A stretch of 34,502 bases of DNA from Candidatus Aenigmatarchaeota archaeon (GTDB lineage: Archaea; Aenigmatarchaeota; Aenigmatarchaeia; CG10238-14), in assembly GCA_014728985.1 (NCBI GenBank), contig WJKS01000015.1:1-34502 (forward strand), in the 5' to 3' direction. Every line of letters starts with the position of its first letter. Positions within the stretch are counted from its first letter, which is position 1. Made by a program: the position numbers and the translations under genes. Shown piece by piece: positions 32,374 to 34,502 of the stretch. A model generated the notes under the pieces. That model worked only from the letters and a program-made list of their open reading frames with translations, had not been told where the DNA came from and searched no databases.

Positions 32374-32907
32374 ATGAAGGTTATGGTTCCTTTAACAGAT
32401 GGTTTTGAAGAAATTGAGGCTTTGACGGTAGTTGATGTTCTAAGGAGAGCAGGTTTGGACGTTGAAACAGTTGGTGTTGTTCGATCTGTTGTCAAGGGTG
32501 CGCATGGAGTAAGAGTCATGGCAGACAAAAGACTGATGGAAGTTAATCCCAGACAGTATGATGTAATTGTTCTTCCTGGCGGGCCAGGTTACAAGACTCT
32601 TGCCAGGGCAAGTAAATTAATGGAGACCCTGAAAGAATTCCATTCAAAAGGAAAAACAATAGGTGCAATTTGTGCAGCTCCAGCAGTTCTAGCACAAGCC
32701 GGTATATTGGAAGAAAAACGCGCAACTATTTATCCTGGTATGGAAAAAGAATTATCTTACCCAAGGGGCAATAGGGTAGTAATTGACGAGAATATAATAA
32801 CTTCCCAGGGACCAGGTACTGCAATGGAGTTTGCGTTGGCGCTGGTCAAAAAACTCAAGGGAAATACAGAGATGATGAAATTAAAACAGGAGTTAGTGGT
32901 GTCTTAA
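32374..32907 (+). CDS. DJ-1/PfpI-family protein (YajL/ThiJ-like), tandem paralog
   Basis: GFEEIEALTVVDVLRRAG, YDVIVLPGGPG, IGAICAAPAVLAQAG, IITSQGPGTAMEFAL. Confidence 0.88.
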   Translation: MKVMVPLTDGFEEIEALTVVDVLRRAGLDVETVGVVRSVVKGAHGVRVMADKRLMEVNPRQYDVIVLPGGPGYKTLARASKLMETLKEFHSKGKTIGAICAAPAVLAQAGILEEKRATIYPGMEKELSYPRGNRVVIDENIITSQGPGTAMEFALALVKKLKGNTEMMKLKQELVVS

Positions 32908-33129
32908 TTGGAAGATGGAATTGAAAGAAAGATTTTGGAAGAGATGACTGTGCATTTAGTTGCAACAAGGAAGGAAATAATGAATTTTGTTAATGGTGAA
33001 AAAGATGTTCCTATGTCTGTTATTAAATCAGTGACAACTTCAATGGTTCAGAAAGGATTTCTGAAAGAGATATCTACTTCTACTACTAGTTACGCAATAA
33101 CAAAAAAAGGAATGAGGAGTTTCAGGTAA
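32908..33129 (+). CDS. Possible small winged-helix protein (73 aa)
   Basis: TTG start directly after the DJ-1 stop, with GGTG 6 nt upstream. The pattern IERKILEEM...TRKEIMNFV...VIKSVTTSMVQKGFLKEI...YAITKKG resembles a MarR-like wHTH. Confidence 0.45.
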   Translation: MEDGIERKILEEMTVHLVATRKEIMNFVNGEKDVPMSVIKSVTTSMVQKGFLKEISTSTTSYAITKKGMRSFR

Positions 33130-33158
33130 TTTTTTAGATATTATCCTTTAATTGATTC

Positions 33159-33446
33159 CTACAGTAAAAATATTTCTCTACGACGAGCTTGATAATCTGG
33201 TGTTCTTCTTGTTATTTTAACTTCCACGGCACGCCCTTGGTTCGTCATGACAAATCTCCCTTCAGCCAAATAATCTCCACACATACCGAGGGCACATTTA
33301 AACCCCCCCCTATCATTTTCTTCCAAACTAAGGACCACTCTTTGGGGAAAGACTTCCCTGACATCGGGATATCCAGGACATACTATATCACCTACCTCAG
33401 TATTTTCGTACATATGACCTTCTGGAACAAGGTATCTCATATTCAA
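33159..33446 (-). CDS. Arg-rich orphan protein (93-95 aa)
   Basis: TTTAAATA element about 22 nt upstream of the ATG at 33440, suggesting a leaderless mRNA. 11 Arg versus 2 Lys. No family recognised. Confidence 0.5.
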   Translation of the reverse strand: MNMRYLVPEGHMYENTEVGDIVCPGYPDVREVFPQRVVLSLEENDRGGFKCALGMCGDYLAEGRFVMTNQGRAVEVKITRRTPDYQARRREIFLL

Positions 33447-33661
33447 TTTTATTCTGATGTTATATTTAAATTCCTTACTTTCTTCACAGTACTTCCGAAA
33501 GTGGATGATTAATTGACGAAAATTCTGATAATTTCACCTATTTTTACTTACTAAATGGCAATCAATCACACCAGACTCAATGGAAAGACAATTAAATCAT
33601 TCAATTTTTGATCCAAGAGCCTACCCAGGATTAAACAAATTTCCTGAAATTAATCAGAGAA

Positions 33662-34502
33662 TCAAGTAATGCCCTGTTCTAATATCCTTCTGAAGGTTAT
33701 TCTTACCTTTCTTACTGTTATTGTCTTCTCTCCAAGAATATGATTTTCTACATTCAGTAATATCCAGAAATTGTATAGTACCACTGATACCAGTATGAAC
33801 AACAATCTAACCGTAAAGCTGGTTGAACAAGTCTTGGCACGGAATTCTTTTTTGACTCTGTAACCAGTCTCTATTCCCCATCTTTGTGGATATGTTCTAG
33901 CTACCCAGTCTGGTTCTACATCCATGTTTGTGAAGAACCCAACCAAATCACCATCCTCTGTCGGATAAATCAGTAATCTGACATCAATGTAGTTCCTGTT
34001 GCATTGTAATCTGTAGATGGTCTTCCATACATTCTTTTTAGCACATTCATCCATTATACTCATTATTTTCGCTGTTTTCTTTACTGGTGTTATCCAATTC
34101 TTCTTTCTTTTGTTGAATAGTTTGTAAACATCTATTGACTGGAATCCTCTATCCATAAGTACACAATCTATCCTTACCAATCCTTTTATGTGGTTCAGAA
34201 GGTCTTTTATCACTTTTCTCTTTGATTTGAATGTATTCATTGGAATTATGGATAAAGTGAATCTTCTTCCTCTTTCAACTATGTCAATTGAGATTATCTT
34301 GAGAAACTTATTTGTTCCAGACTTAGGTTTTCCTCTTGTGATGAATAAATCATCGTCTTTTCCATAATAAGGGATATCATGAAAATCTATTGCTAATTTA
34401 GCTTTTCCTGTTATCCTGTACATTCTTCTCACATCAAGGTAATTTTTTCTTATCATTTCCTGGAATATTTCAAGGATATCCTTCCAATTGAGTTTCTTTA
34501 TA
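33662..34502 (-). mobile_element. IS4-superfamily (ISH3-like) DDE transposase gene, 5'-truncated by the window edge
   Basis: DDE/YREK signature: AIDFHDIPYYG, CVLMDRGF, YPQRWGIETGYRVKKE. The reading frame stays open upstream of the ATG at 34456 to position 34502. IS ends cannot be defined from one side. Confidence 0.85.

Noticed and set aside
1-34502. Alternative genetic code or stop-codon reassignment as an explanation for the in-frame TAA in the phoU-like gene
   Set aside because: TAA, TAG and TGA each terminate well-conserved proteins at the expected C-termini in this window (for example TAA for the S-layer protein, TAG for rubrerythrin and the KH protein, TGA for 1998..2423).
1-34502. CRISPR arrays, rRNA genes, reverse transcriptase/DGR, restriction-modification or other recognisable defence systems
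   Set aside because: No regularly spaced direct repeats, no rRNA-like conserved blocks, and no RT, Cas, methylase or nuclease signatures were found in any translated frame by visual inspection.

Overview
AT-rich, very compact archaeal chromosome segment. Archaeal markers include Top6A/Top6B, aIF1A, Taw1, aTrm56, Pth2, a Rio1 kinase with a KH/Dim2-like partner, and a Methanococcales-type S-layer protein. Lineage cannot be fixed from sequence alone; a small-genome anaerobe (DPANN-like or euryarchaeal) is plausible. Content: four minus-strand tRNA genes, one (tRNA-Leu) apparently carrying two introns; an oxidative-stress operon (peroxiredoxin, rubrerythrin-like, Dps-like, desulfoferrodoxin) divergent from an Lrp/AsnC regulator; a translationally coupled rio1-KH-top6B-top6A operon; wyosine and tRNA-modification genes; an S-layer gene with a structured leader; envelope genes (GT2 synthase, multi-domain surface proteins, small Cys-rich exported proteins); two DJ-1/PfpI paralogs; and a partial IS4/ISH3-like transposase at the right edge. 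No CRISPR array, rRNA or recognisable defence system was seen. Most unusual: (1) two unrelated small proteins end in a peptide closely resembling the conserved C-terminal tail of archaeal ribosomal stalk proteins aP1/aP0; (2) the doubly interrupted tRNA-Leu has a well-formed bulge-helix-bulge motif at a non-canonical position; (3) a paralogous family of Cys-rich exported mini-proteins, one in an operon with a membrane-tethered ArsR regulator; (4) three Arg-rich, Lys-poor orphan genes that look compositionally foreign; (5) three decayed genes (Xer recombinase, AbrB-PhoU regulator, a small remnant). All functions are inferred by eye from motifs; no database search was run.
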